Of a stretch of DNA of 64,000 nucleotides, positions 23,808 through 33,284 are shown piece after piece. Position numbers and translations under genes: made by a program. A model generated the notes under the pieces. It ran no database searches and had not been told where the DNA came from. It worked only from the letters and a program-made list of their open reading frames with translations. Position 1 is the first letter of the stretch, and each line of letters begins with the position of its first letter. The stretch comes from Nanobdellati archaeon (GTDB lineage Archaea > EX4484-52 > GLR71): contig JAHYJO010000003.1 in assembly GCA_019429125.1 (NCBI GenBank), forward strand, positions 208 through 64,207, in the 5' to 3' direction.

Positions 23808-26108
23808 ATGACAAAAACATCCCCCGCATCTAAATTTAAAGCTCCTAAAAATGTAGTTAAAAATACAGTCAAGAAATCTTTATTCAAAAATAAAGTAAAA
23901 TCTAAACAATTATATTCTGAAGAAAGCTATATTCACAAAAAAAGAGAATCTGTTATTCCTAGTTCTATAACTGATGAATTAAATGACAGAAACATTTATA
24001 ATCCAGTTCCTAGCGAGATAAATAATTTAAGACAACTTGAAGTTAGGCTTGTGAAAAATGAAAACGCAATTATAGCAGGGTTGCCTTGGATTCAGACTAA
24101 TGTACGAAATATAATGAAAGTAATAGCAAAATATGACCGAGTAAGTGAACAATATCTTAATTCGCAATTTGAGAAATTTGAAATGTATTCAAAATCAATA
24201 GAGTTAGATATTGAATCAAAAATAAATGATAATACTAATATATTAGAAATTGCATTAAATCAGATTAATGACTTTATAGATGGACAAAAAAATTTAAAAC
24301 ATCTTGAAATTGAAGATAATATTAATAATCATAAACATATGAATGCAGATTTAAATTTAATAAAAGAAGAATTAACTAGATTGATTAATCAATATAAAAT
24401 GTTAGAAAAAGAGATAACTAATATAAAAAAGATAACAGAATCAGAATTAAAAGAGGAAAAGATAAATATTTTAGAATTTGTCAAAGAATTAAAAGGAGAT
24501 ATAATAAATCTTGACAAGGTACTTACTTCTGAAAAACAGAAAATTGAAAAAGCAATAATTGAAGTTATTGATGCGCATAAAAAGGAGTTCAATTATAAAC
24601 TTGAAAGTAATATAAATATCTCAAAAGAATACATAGACACAACCATCAATCCTTTATCGAAACAGATAGATACGATTTATACAAAAAATAATCAGTTTGT
24701 AAAGCTTATTAATGAAAATAAAAAAAGATTTGCAGATATTATTGAGAATAAGATTGAAAATAATATAAAAATCTCAAAAGCGTATATGAACAGTACTATT
24801 ACTCCTTTATTGAAACAGATAGATGCTATATCAATAAAAGATAATTACCTTGTAGAGCTTATTGATGAAAATAAAAAAGATTTAGAAGCTAAACTTGAAA
24901 GTAATATAAATACCTCTAAAGAGTATATAGACATTACTATTATGCCCTTATTGAAACAAATAGATACAATCTCTATAAAAGAGAATAAGCTTGTAACGCT
25001 CATTGATAGTCATAAAAAAGGTTTAGATGCTAAACTTGAAAGTAATATAAGATTATCAAAAGAACATATGGATACGATAAAAAAACATATGGACACAACC
25101 ATCACCCCTTTATTGAAACAGATAGATACAATTTCAACAAAAGATAATGATCTTGTAAAACTCATTGACAATAATAAAAAAGATTTAGAATCTAAACTAA
25201 AAAGTAATATAGAAATATCAAAAGCTTATGTAGACACAACCATCAATCCTTTATTGAAACAGATAGATACAATTTCAACAAAAAATGATCAGCTTGTAAA
25301 ACTTATTGTTGAAAATAAAGAAAGCTTTACAAATACGATTGAGAATAAGATTGAAGAGAATCTAAAAGTATCAAAAAAGTATATAGATGTCATAAAAGCG
25401 GATATGGATACAACTATTACACCTTTATTGAAACAAATAGATTATATATCAACAAAAAATAATCAGCTTGTAAAGCTTATTGATAAAAATAAAGAGGAAT
25501 TATCTCACGACAGATTAGGCAGTTTTAAATTACTCCTAGAAGACATAAAGACTGAGTTAAATACTCTTAAAAACACACAAAAATTAAATGATTCAAAAAT
25601 GATGGATTATATAAAGGTAATAGAAACTGTACAAAAATCAGAATCTAATGAGTCTTCAGAACTTATCAATCGTATAAAATCTATAGAATATACACAAGCT
25701 TCAAAAACTAATGATACCGAACCATTAGACCGTATAAATAGTCGTATAAACTTAATCGAAGCATCAAAAGCTAATGATACAGAACTACTGAATCGTATAG
25801 ATGCTTTAGAAGTTACACAAAGATCAAACGAAGAATTAATTAAAAATGCGGTTAATATTATTAAAAACAATAATGCTGAACAGTCTAATGTCAAAAATGA
25901 TGAGTTCATCCATCTTTTAGAAGTATATAAAGAGCGTGATGCTGAACGTGAAAAACGTGTATCAAACATGCTTATGCGCATAGAACACGCAGTTACAGAG
26001 ATCAACAAGAAAACAGCAAATGTAACAGGTGATATGGGAAAAAACATAAATGACGAACTTGATGACATGATATCTGAACTAAAAAGATTGCAGCAAGAAA
26101 GCAATTGA
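23808..26108 (+). CDS. Coiled-coil protein with six ~45-52-aa tandem repeats
   Basis: Repeat unit K[LI]ESNI..SK.Y.DTTI.PLLKQIDTIS.K.N.LVKLID.NKK.L. A second short repeat (L.NRI...E....SK.NDTE) lies near the C-terminus. Confidence 0.75.
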   Translation: MTKTSPASKFKAPKNVVKNTVKKSLFKNKVKSKQLYSEESYIHKKRESVIPSSITDELNDRNIYNPVPSEINNLRQLEVRLVKNENAIIAGLPWIQTNVRNIMKVIAKYDRVSEQYLNSQFEKFEMYSKSIELDIESKINDNTNILEIALNQINDFIDGQKNLKHLEIEDNINNHKHMNADLNLIKEELTRLINQYKMLEKEITNIKKITESELKEEKINILEFVKELKGDIINLDKVLTSEKQKIEKAIIEVIDAHKKEFNYKLESNINISKEYIDTTINPLSKQIDTIYTKNNQFVKLINENKKRFADIIENKIENNIKISKAYMNSTITPLLKQIDAISIKDNYLVELIDENKKDLEAKLESNINTSKEYIDITIMPLLKQIDTISIKENKLVTLIDSHKKGLDAKLESNIRLSKEHMDTIKKHMDTTITPLLKQIDTISTKDNDLVKLIDNNKKDLESKLKSNIEISKAYVDTTINPLLKQIDTISTKNDQLVKLIVENKESFTNTIENKIEENLKVSKKYIDVIKADMDTTITPLLKQIDYISTKNNQLVKLIDKNKEELSHDRLGSFKLLLEDIKTELNTLKNTQKLNDSKMMDYIKVIETVQKSESNESSELINRIKSIEYTQASKTNDTEPLDRINSRINLIEASKANDTELLNRIDALEVTQRSNEELIKNAVNIIKNNNAEQSNVKNDEFIHLLEVYKERDAEREKRVSNMLMRIEHAVTEINKKTANVTGDMGKNINDELDDMISELKRLQQESN
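24590..25500 (+). repeat. Intragenic tandem repeat region (approximate bounds)
   Basis: Six diverged units, seen in the translation and in the DNA (…ttattgaaacagatagatac… recurs). Confidence 0.75.
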
Positions 26109-26403
26109 TTATTTCTAATATTTTTAATATTATATTTATCTAAGTAAAGGGTTAATGCCCTTAAACTCTGTATAGAGTTAGATAATTCAATAAACATACC
26201 TACCCGAAACATGTCATCAATGCTCCGGTTTTTATAAGTAAGCAAGAGTGTACATTTTTTGATTTAAATGCCTATACGACTTAATCTGATTACACACGTA
26301 GATATAAAGTGATTTTTGAAACCATATATACTTAACATATTTACTAATAATCATACAAAAAAATAAAGATAATTAAAAAATAAATATTATAAGAAAAAAA
26401 GAT

Positions 26404-26919
26404 TTATTCAACAAGCGTCCTGAAACCGACTGGGATTTTCATTCCAGCTCGTCTAATAGCTTCTTTCAGAGCAGATTCATGTTTTTTGTTTGTTCTTATA
26501 GTAAGTACTGGCTGACCTTCTTTAACTCTTGAAGCACGACCTGTAGGTTTACCGAATGGTTTTCTCATACCATCATAGAATCTATCTGCTTGAGCAACAG
26601 CTGCTTGCGCATGTTCTCTCAATATATTATGAGGATATACCCGCACCTTTATATGATATTCAGTACCTGCCATCTTTCGCATATATGAATTTGCAGACAC
26701 ACGAAATGCTTCAATAGCATTATGTCTAATCTGAACATCTTTTACAGGCACTAATGAATATGTAAGATCGAATTCACCAGTTGTTTGACCCATATTGAAT
26801 TTATTTATCTTAATCCCAGGAATACCTTTAATGAAGTTCTTCTTATGAACTTTTTTTGCATATCTTGTATAAGGCCTTTTTTTAAATGTTCTGTCGATTC
26901 TTGCAGGTCGGAGTCCCAT
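26404..26919 (-). CDS. rpl10e: Ribosomal protein uL16 (L10e)
   Basis: MGLRPARIDRTFKKRPYTR...GIPGIKINKFNMG...RKPFGKPTGRASRV. Confidence 0.95.
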   Translation of the reverse strand: MGLRPARIDRTFKKRPYTRYAKKVHKKNFIKGIPGIKINKFNMGQTTGEFDLTYSLVPVKDVQIRHNAIEAFRVSANSYMRKMAGTEYHIKVRVYPHNILREHAQAAVAQADRFYDGMRKPFGKPTGRASRVKEGQPVLTIRTNKKHESALKEAIRRAGMKIPVGFRTLVE

Positions 26920-27149
26920 AATAATTCACCATTATATAAATATAGAAGATAAGAGCTATACTCTCTTCTTTTTTACTATATGATATTGAATAAAAACCTT
27001 TTTAAAGCTTTCTTATTTTTTAGGAGATATTACAAATAATGTGAACCTAATACGATACACATCACCAAATGTGCTATATATATTTCACAAATTTCTGTTT
27101 ACTCATATTATTCAGATAAATTTATAAAATTGAATAAATCGTAAGTACT

Positions 27150-27641
27150 ATGGTTAAACAACAAACAGACAAAATATTACAATTTTTTGAAAAATATTCT
27201 TTTGATACATTAAAGCCCATACACACACAACCTCAAGTAGAACAATATATTCAAGAATTGGGAAACAATATTGTCAACTGTAATGAAAATAGGGCTGGGT
27301 CTGGATACACCATAGAGATAAACAAACGATTTTTCAAAAAAAATTATGAACCTGAATTAGAGAACCTCTCAGAAATCTATGCTACAATGATTGAAAAAAT
27401 CCGTGCACATTCTATAAAAAACATCACAATCAAAAGCGGAAGATACGAGTTACATATACCAAATAAAAATGCGAATTATAAGTCATTCATAAAAACACAT
27501 AATTACAAGGGGTATGAAACAAAAAGATATGATACACCATATGGTGCAGGAAAAGAATTTGCAGAACTAGTAGGTGTAAATGTCTTAAGAAAATTAAATA
27601 TTCCATCAATTCCTGATATAATTAATCTGTTTAAAAATTAA
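27150..27641 (+). CDS. Hypothetical protein (paralog of the disrupted gene at 28358..29152)
   Basis: ORF. IHTQPQVEQYIQELGNN...YTIEINKRFFKKN resembles IHPQVD*YISELNSN...YSVKININPKFIANN in the neighbour. Confidence 0.55.
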   Translation: MVKQQTDKILQFFEKYSFDTLKPIHTQPQVEQYIQELGNNIVNCNENRAGSGYTIEINKRFFKKNYEPELENLSEIYATMIEKIRAHSIKNITIKSGRYELHIPNKNANYKSFIKTHNYKGYETKRYDTPYGAGKEFAELVGVNVLRKLNIPSIPDIINLFKN

Positions 27642-28255
27642 AAATATCGTATTGCCTCGTGTTTTATTCCCTCGACAATGGGCTTACATACAACTTCTTG
27701 CACTGCAAAATTAAAGAACGAACTTGAATATGCTGGCTTGACAACTAAACAGGTATCATCACCACGCCCTGAACCTGACAACACAAGAACTTTATCTTCT
27801 GATGCAACAGCCCCACAATCACATGTCATTACTGTAATCTCAACACAGACCTTGAAACCTTCACCAGAAAGCTTTAATGCATCACCTATCAACAATGCAG
27901 GTCCAACCGTATTCCATCTCGTTTTTACTGCCCGTTCCACACCACTGAATGTATGTACGCTTTGAACATACTTAAGACCAAGCTTATCATACTTGTATTT
28001 ATTTTTTGTTCAGGTACCATCTGGAAGAGAATATTTAGAACCAGCATTAAGTATCACAGGAACAACATCAACACCACCAACATCTTTAAATGCGCCATAG
28101 ACCTTAAGCCCAGTATCACCTGTTGACGTTGCCACAACAACTGTAGTGATTTCATCTTGAGCAACTCTTTCAAGCGCAACTTCAATCGCCTTATCAGTAT
28201 TTGCAATACTTGGAGAGAAGAAATAAGTTATGTTTTTAGTAATAAAATCGCTCAT
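27638..28255 (-). pseudogene. Pyruvate-kinase C-terminal-domain-like protein interrupted by one in-frame TGA
   Basis: ...GSKYSLPDGT[TGA at 28012..28010]TKNKYKYDKLGLKYVQSVHTFSGVERAV...GFKVCVEITVMTCD...VVKPAYSSSFFNFAVQEVVCKP is continuous in a single frame. Confidence 0.65.
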
Positions 28256-28357
28256 AAATGTTAAATAAAATATAATTTTTTTATGTCTTTACATCTAATA
28301 TTGAGTTTGTCACCATAAGGGGATTGAATATATAAATATTGAATTTAAATAAATAGT

Positions 28358-29152
28358 ATGCCTAGTAGCCAAATCAATTTTAAAGATGATATAGCTGATT
28401 TAGAAACAATTATAGGTTATCTTTATAGGCTATGTATTGAACCTATTTGTGGTGAACTAATTCATCCTCAGGTAGACTAATATATTTCCGAGTTAAATTC
28501 TAATTTATTAAGACAATCAATTAACGAATATTCAGTTAAGATGTACTTGTTTAGCTAAAAAATAATCAATATGCTCCGGCCGTTATGGTGTGATTCTCAA
28601 TAAGTTATAATTGTTACAAAATCAATAGCTAACGCTTAAAAAGGTGTTGTTAAAAAATTTTAAAAATTATTTAATTATATTTTTATAAAATCGATAGCTT
28701 GCACCCAACTTAAAAAAGTATAAATATAATTATTTCAAAAAATAGTAGTTATCTCTTAAAAAATCAAAATTAAGCAAGACAAAAATTAGCTAAACAAATA
28801 CGTTAAGATAAATATAAATCCGAAGTTTATTGCTAATAATAAAAAAGTATCAAGAATGATTTTATCTGGAATGGTTCCAAATATTAAGAGTGGTATTAAT
28901 GAAAAAGATTTTCATCTAAAATGTGGTAAGTTTGAATTTGCATGGGCCATAAATAATAGATGTATTACTAAAGATTCCGAACTTAGATATTATGTAAGAG
29001 AAAACTATAATGAAATAATTAAATACACAAGTTTGCATAACGCAATAGATTCTTTTTTAACATATACAAGCAACCCAAATTTATACTCAAGATGGTTTGA
29101 CTTTATGGAGAAAGTTGGAGGACTAAAAACTTCACCCGCCGCATATTCTTAA
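28358..29152 (+). pseudogene. Hypothetical gene disrupted by an in-frame TAA and a MITE-B insertion
   Basis: The TAA at 28478-80 sits where the paralog has Gln. MITE plus duplication total 267 bp, so the flanks stay in frame. The track shows only the 3' part (28856..29152). Confidence 0.55.
28543..28801 (-). mobile_element. MITE-B copy 2 (inverted relative to copy 1)
   Basis: A perfect 8-bp duplication GTTAAGAT flanks it at 28535-42 and 28802-09. Confidence 0.9.
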
Positions 29153-29160
29153 AAAATATA

Positions 29161-29622
29161 TCACTCAGCAAAAGGCAAATACTCAACTTCTATACCGACT
29201 TCTTTGAAATAATCCATAGCGCTCTGGTCTGCATATTCATTTGCATAATATACTTTCTTTATCTTTGCATTGATAATCATTTTAGCGCATATAATACAAG
29301 GCGAATGTGTACAAAATAATACTCCATCTTCAGTTGACGCGCCATTAAGTGATGCCTGGATTATCGCGTTCTGCTCAGCATGTACAGCGCGACATAGTTC
29401 ATGTTTCTGCCCGGACGGGACATTATTTTCCTTTCTGTAACAACCAATATCAAGACAATGATCAAGTCCACGAGGCGCACCATTATACCCCGTAGATACT
29501 ATATGCTTATTTTTAACGATAACTGCACCTACATTATTTCTAAAACATGTAGATCTTTCTGCAACCACGTGCGCAATCTTCATAAAATACTTTTCCAGGG
29601 GTACTCTTTCAATTCCATCCAT
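29161..29622 (-). CDS. dCMP (deoxycytidylate) deaminase
   Basis: VHAEQNAI (HAE) and HSPCIICAKMI (PCxxC). The MDGIERV start at 29622 is the likely one. Confidence 0.9.
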   Translation of the reverse strand: MDGIERVPLEKYFMKIAHVVAERSTCFRNNVGAVIVKNKHIVSTGYNGAPRGLDHCLDIGCYRKENNVPSGQKHELCRAVHAEQNAIIQASLNGASTEDGVLFCTHSPCIICAKMIINAKIKKVYYANEYADQSAMDYFKEVGIEVEYLPFAE

Positions 29623-29723
29623 AACAAAACCTAATTGTAATAGTCTGAAAAGATATTTAAATTGTTGTATCAAAAAACCAAGAATAAATCAATAATAGTT
29701 AAAAAATAAAAAAGAAGATGGAA

Positions 29724-30899
29724 TTACCCTTTCCACCATTTCTTTTCTTTCTCTTCTTTTTCCTTTTTCTTCTTGTCGTAAGCAGCCCAGTCTTTCTTAA
29801 GGAGAAGAGCAGATTCTTTGACTGCAGCATTAGTATTACAAGCACCTGAAGTATTACCCACACCGACAATCAAGATATTTTTATGTTTGGACTTCTTGAC
29901 ATAATACTTAATCTTGTCCCTTACAGGTTCAAGAGAATCATATATATCTTTCTTCATAGGTATTGATGCTTCAACCATACCTTGCTTGACAATGATTGCA
30001 TCCACATTGACTTTCTTGTCAGTTATGGTCTCTTCAATCTTGAATCTCTGTACGCCGACTCCGCCCATAGGGACACCGACACCTTCAGAGACCGTACCTG
30101 TCTTCTCACCTTCCATCTTGGCTGCAGCATCAATTGCGATGATGTAGTCAATCTTATGTTTAATTATGACCTGCTTGACTGCCTCACCCTGCTGACCTAG
30201 CCGTGATTCAGGACCTTTGGATTTCATCACAAATACTTTCTTACCTTCAATAGTCTCTTCACTCATGACAACATCTTTGACAACCTCAGTACCAACTTTA
30301 GTCTTAAATGACGCAGCAACTAAAGGACCTATAGTATCTCCAATAGGAATGCCGTTTGCAAGAGCCCGAGTAGCCTTGACCTGTGCCTTTGCAATCTTCA
30401 TAAGCATAGGGAGCTGCATCTGTAATATCATTGCAAACTGCAGGTTGTGTGTCTTCTTGCTCATCACGATGAAATGTCTAACAATCTTAAATATCTGCCT
30501 TGCACCAAGAGCGCCTTTCATACCCATCATAACAGCAGGCAAATCATTTACCTTCATCTTAGGGTCAATTTCAAGTGCAAATTCTTCAAATTTCCTTTCA
30601 CTTTCATTCAACAGAAAATCTAATTTATTAATGATTCCAGATGGATCAAGGTTGATAGGCTCAGTTATAAAGAAGTCCATAAAACCATTTAATTTGTCTT
30701 TCATCTCTTTTGTAGGTTTAGAACTTATACGTTTAAGAACGATAGCCTCTGACTTGTCAGCATAACCTTCAAGTTTCTTTAAATCTGTCTCCAGTTTGTA
30801 CATCATCTGCCACATGTAAAGCTTCGGTCCGAATATAAACAGAAGCACAAAAAACAGGAACGACCACATATCTCCTTGCATCAACATCTTTTTCACCAT
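29724..30899 (-). CDS. Conserved archaeal membrane-anchored protein (possibly DUF1512 family)
   Basis: N-terminal TM helix and a Lys/Glu-rich tail. The family assignment is from memory only. Confidence 0.5.
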   Translation of the reverse strand: MVKKMLMQGDMWSFLFFVLLFIFGPKLYMWQMMYKLETDLKKLEGYADKSEAIVLKRISSKPTKEMKDKLNGFMDFFITEPINLDPSGIINKLDFLLNESERKFEEFALEIDPKMKVNDLPAVMMGMKGALGARQIFKIVRHFIVMSKKTHNLQFAMILQMQLPMLMKIAKAQVKATRALANGIPIGDTIGPLVAASFKTKVGTEVVKDVVMSEETIEGKKVFVMKSKGPESRLGQQGEAVKQVIIKHKIDYIIAIDAAAKMEGEKTGTVSEGVGVPMGGVGVQRFKIEETITDKKVNVDAIIVKQGMVEASIPMKKDIYDSLEPVRDKIKYYVKKSKHKNILIVGVGNTSGACNTNAAVKESALLLKKDWAAYDKKKKEKEEKEKKWWKG

Positions 30900-30974
30900 A
30901 TAATATTATTGTAATTAAAAATAACTTTCAACCTTTATATAGGTAGTTACAGAATTTTTAAATCTATTAAAAAT

Positions 30975-31724
30975 TCACAACCTTGTAGGTTTATCAATAA
31001 ACACAGTCTCAACTGCAAATTTATTTTTTATAATTTCCGAAAGTGCGCGCACCCCTAAAGTCTCAGTTGCATAATGTCCAGCAGCAATCATGTTCATCTC
31101 AGCATCTTTTGCAATAAGATGTGTACTATGACTGTTTTCGCCCGTGACAAGACAGTCAATATCCGAAATAATTGCAGGAAAAATATCGTATTGCGCACCG
31201 CCAGACACAAAAGCAACAGTCTTAATTTTTTTCTTCCCGAAATCAAAGACCGAACATTTAGTATCAAGCTTATTATTAATATCTTTCACAAAAGTATTAA
31301 TATCAACAGCACTCTTAAACTCACCCCAATAACCATGGCTGAATTTACCTTTAACATTTATATCAAAAAGCCGGCAAAGTTCAATATTATTACCCACTTC
31401 AGGATGAACATCAAGAGGTATGTGCGCGCCATATAAAGATACATCACTTTTGACAAGCACCTTGACAGTTTTCTTCAAGTGCCGAACTATTGGAAACATC
31501 AATATATTACTTAAGAACCCGTGATGAACAACAAGCATGTCTGCACCCTCTTTTCTGGCAGCATTAATTGTATCAAGTGACGAGTCCACAGCAAAGGCAA
31601 CTTTACTGATATTATCTTTACCTTCAAACAAAAGCCCGTTGAGAAGATATTTATCTTCAACTTCGTGAATATTAAGATACTCATCAAGGAACGTAACAAT
31701 CTCATTTCTTTTTGTCATAAACAT
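30975..31724 (-). CDS. NIF3-family dinuclear metal centre protein (YbgI-like)
   Basis: GADMLVVHHG, ...AHIPLD..., AAGHYATET. Confidence 0.88.
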   Translation of the reverse strand: MFMTKRNEIVTFLDEYLNIHEVEDKYLLNGLLFEGKDNISKVAFAVDSSLDTINAARKEGADMLVVHHGFLSNILMFPIVRHLKKTVKVLVKSDVSLYGAHIPLDVHPEVGNNIELCRLFDINVKGKFSHGYWGEFKSAVDINTFVKDINNKLDTKCSVFDFGKKKIKTVAFVSGGAQYDIFPAIISDIDCLVTGENSHSTHLIAKDAEMNMIAAGHYATETLGVRALSEIIKNKFAVETVFIDKPTRL

Positions 31725-31785
31725 ATATTGATTTTATATCTTATATTGTTTTTGTTTGTGCCAGATAACAAATAATAGAAATGTT

Positions 31786-32042
31786 GTACTTGTTTAGCTA
31801 AATTTTGTCTTACTTGCTTACGATTTTTTTGATAGGGTCATTATTTGTTGAAATATTTTTAAGTTATAATTTTCTACGTTACTTGCGGGCTATCGATTTT
31901 ACAAAAAAGGAGTAACTATTTTTTAACAAAAATTAACTACACATTTTCAAGCTGTAGCTATTGATTTTATAAAAAGTATAATGTATGCAAGTTACATCAT
32001 AATGGTCGTAGCATGCCGATTATTTTTTTGCTAAACAAGTAC
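31786..32042 (+). mobile_element. MITE-C copy 1 (subfamily sharing MITE-B termini)
   Basis: TIRs gtacttgtttagc / gctaaacaagtac. A perfect 8-bp duplication GAAATGTT flanks it at 31778-85 and 32043-50. Confidence 0.9.
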
Positions 32043-32119
32043 GAAATGTTTATAACATTATAGGTAATATTATCTCAATAGAATCAAAAAAATACTCTTG
32101 GTCCGAAGGATTAACAAAA

Positions 32120-32603
32120 ATGTCAGGATTATTAGATTGCAAAAAAAACACAAAGAACATCATATTCACAATAAAAGATGAAGCATTTCTTGAAGGTATA
32201 TTTGATAATGGGATAACAGATGTTTTGAAAGAAAATTATGCAGATTACGAATCTAAGATTGCACAAAACGGAAAAACATATACTGGACTGTTGTTTAGAA
32301 TTTTTAAAATGGATACATTTCAATCCTCCACAAATATCCTTTTTATATGATGATAAAGATTTATTTGATAAATATAAATCCTATTTTAAAGAATTGAAGG
32401 TTTCAGTTCCAAATATAGAGTCATTGCAAATAAAATATGTAGATTCAAATATGTTAATCACAGAATATGGATGGAATAATAAATGTGATATATTAATTGG
32501 AAAACCTGATGAAGATTATTTTAACATATTGACTGATATCAAACATTCAAAGATTAATCCGTATCTGAAAAATCTAAGTATTTCAGACGAAACACAATTC
32601 TAA
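32120..32603 (+). pseudogene. Hypothetical gene with one frameshift (first of a tandem paralog pair)
   Basis: The track ORFs 32120..32350 and 32238..32603 overlap in different frames. Both parts have counterparts in 32643..33213. Confidence 0.45.
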
Positions 32604-32642
32604 AAGCATATCTTTAATAATATTGAATAGTAATAAGAACTT

Positions 32643-33213
32643 ATGATAAAATCTGATTATAAAACAGGAATATTAAAATTGCCGAACCTTGCAAAAAAAG
32701 CAAAGCCACATATTTTATAATAACTAACAAAGAGTTTTTAGAAGCACTTTTATATGGTGGAACTGCAGACATTCTAAAAGCAAATTATGATAATTATATC
32801 TCAAATATAGAAAAAATAAAAAAATTAGCCCTCATTTAATACCAAAGATAATAAATCCTTTCTATGAAGCACCCATAGTCGAATTACTATTTGAAAATAC
32901 CAACCTACCTCAAAAATACAAAGAAGCCCTTGAAAATCTTTCAAAAGAGATACCTATAGAATTTAGACTTATAGAAGGTCACAATGTTTATGATAATGTT
33001 CCCTTTGAAGAACCAACCATACATCAGGGCAATCTTAACTATGACATTGTATTATTCAATCCACTATTTAAAAATAATACTTTTATTGCAACATCATTTA
33101 AAGAGGATATTGCAGTTATTTCAAATATTGATAATGGATTAGAAGTATATCAAGTATGTATTAAAATGGTATGTACAGACATTAGTGACTGTTTCACCAA
33201 AGACAACAATTAA
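32643..33213 (+). pseudogene. Second, more decayed tandem paralog (at least two frameshifts)
   Basis: Three frames in succession read ...ITNKEFLEALLYGGTADILKANYDNY... and PKIINPFYEAPIVELLFENTNLPQKYKEAL..., matching the first copy. Confidence 0.45.
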
Positions 33214-33227
33214 CAATCTTTCTAGTA

Positions 33228-33245
33228 TACCGGCACACCACTGCC
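33228..33245. promoter_or_regulatory. GC-rich motif TACCGGCACA-N4-TGCC upstream of uvrA
   Basis: It shares the 10-mer with 10945..10954 and is followed by the TATA-like catttataaaag. Confidence 0.4.
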
Positions 33246-33284
33246 AAATCATTTATAAAAGAATTTATTTATTAATATAATACT

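Noticed and set aside
27638-28255. Genome-wide reassignment of TGA (to Trp or Gly), or selenocysteine, as the explanation for the in-frame TGAs here and at 47249 and 60240.
   Set aside because: uvrA (36105), aIF2-gamma (43721), the UvrD-like helicase (4411) and the ferredoxin (47973) all terminate at TGA exactly where the families end. Reading through uvrA would run antisense across dph2. In-frame TAA and TAG also occur in broken genes. I saw no SECIS-like hairpin, though I cannot run a formal search.
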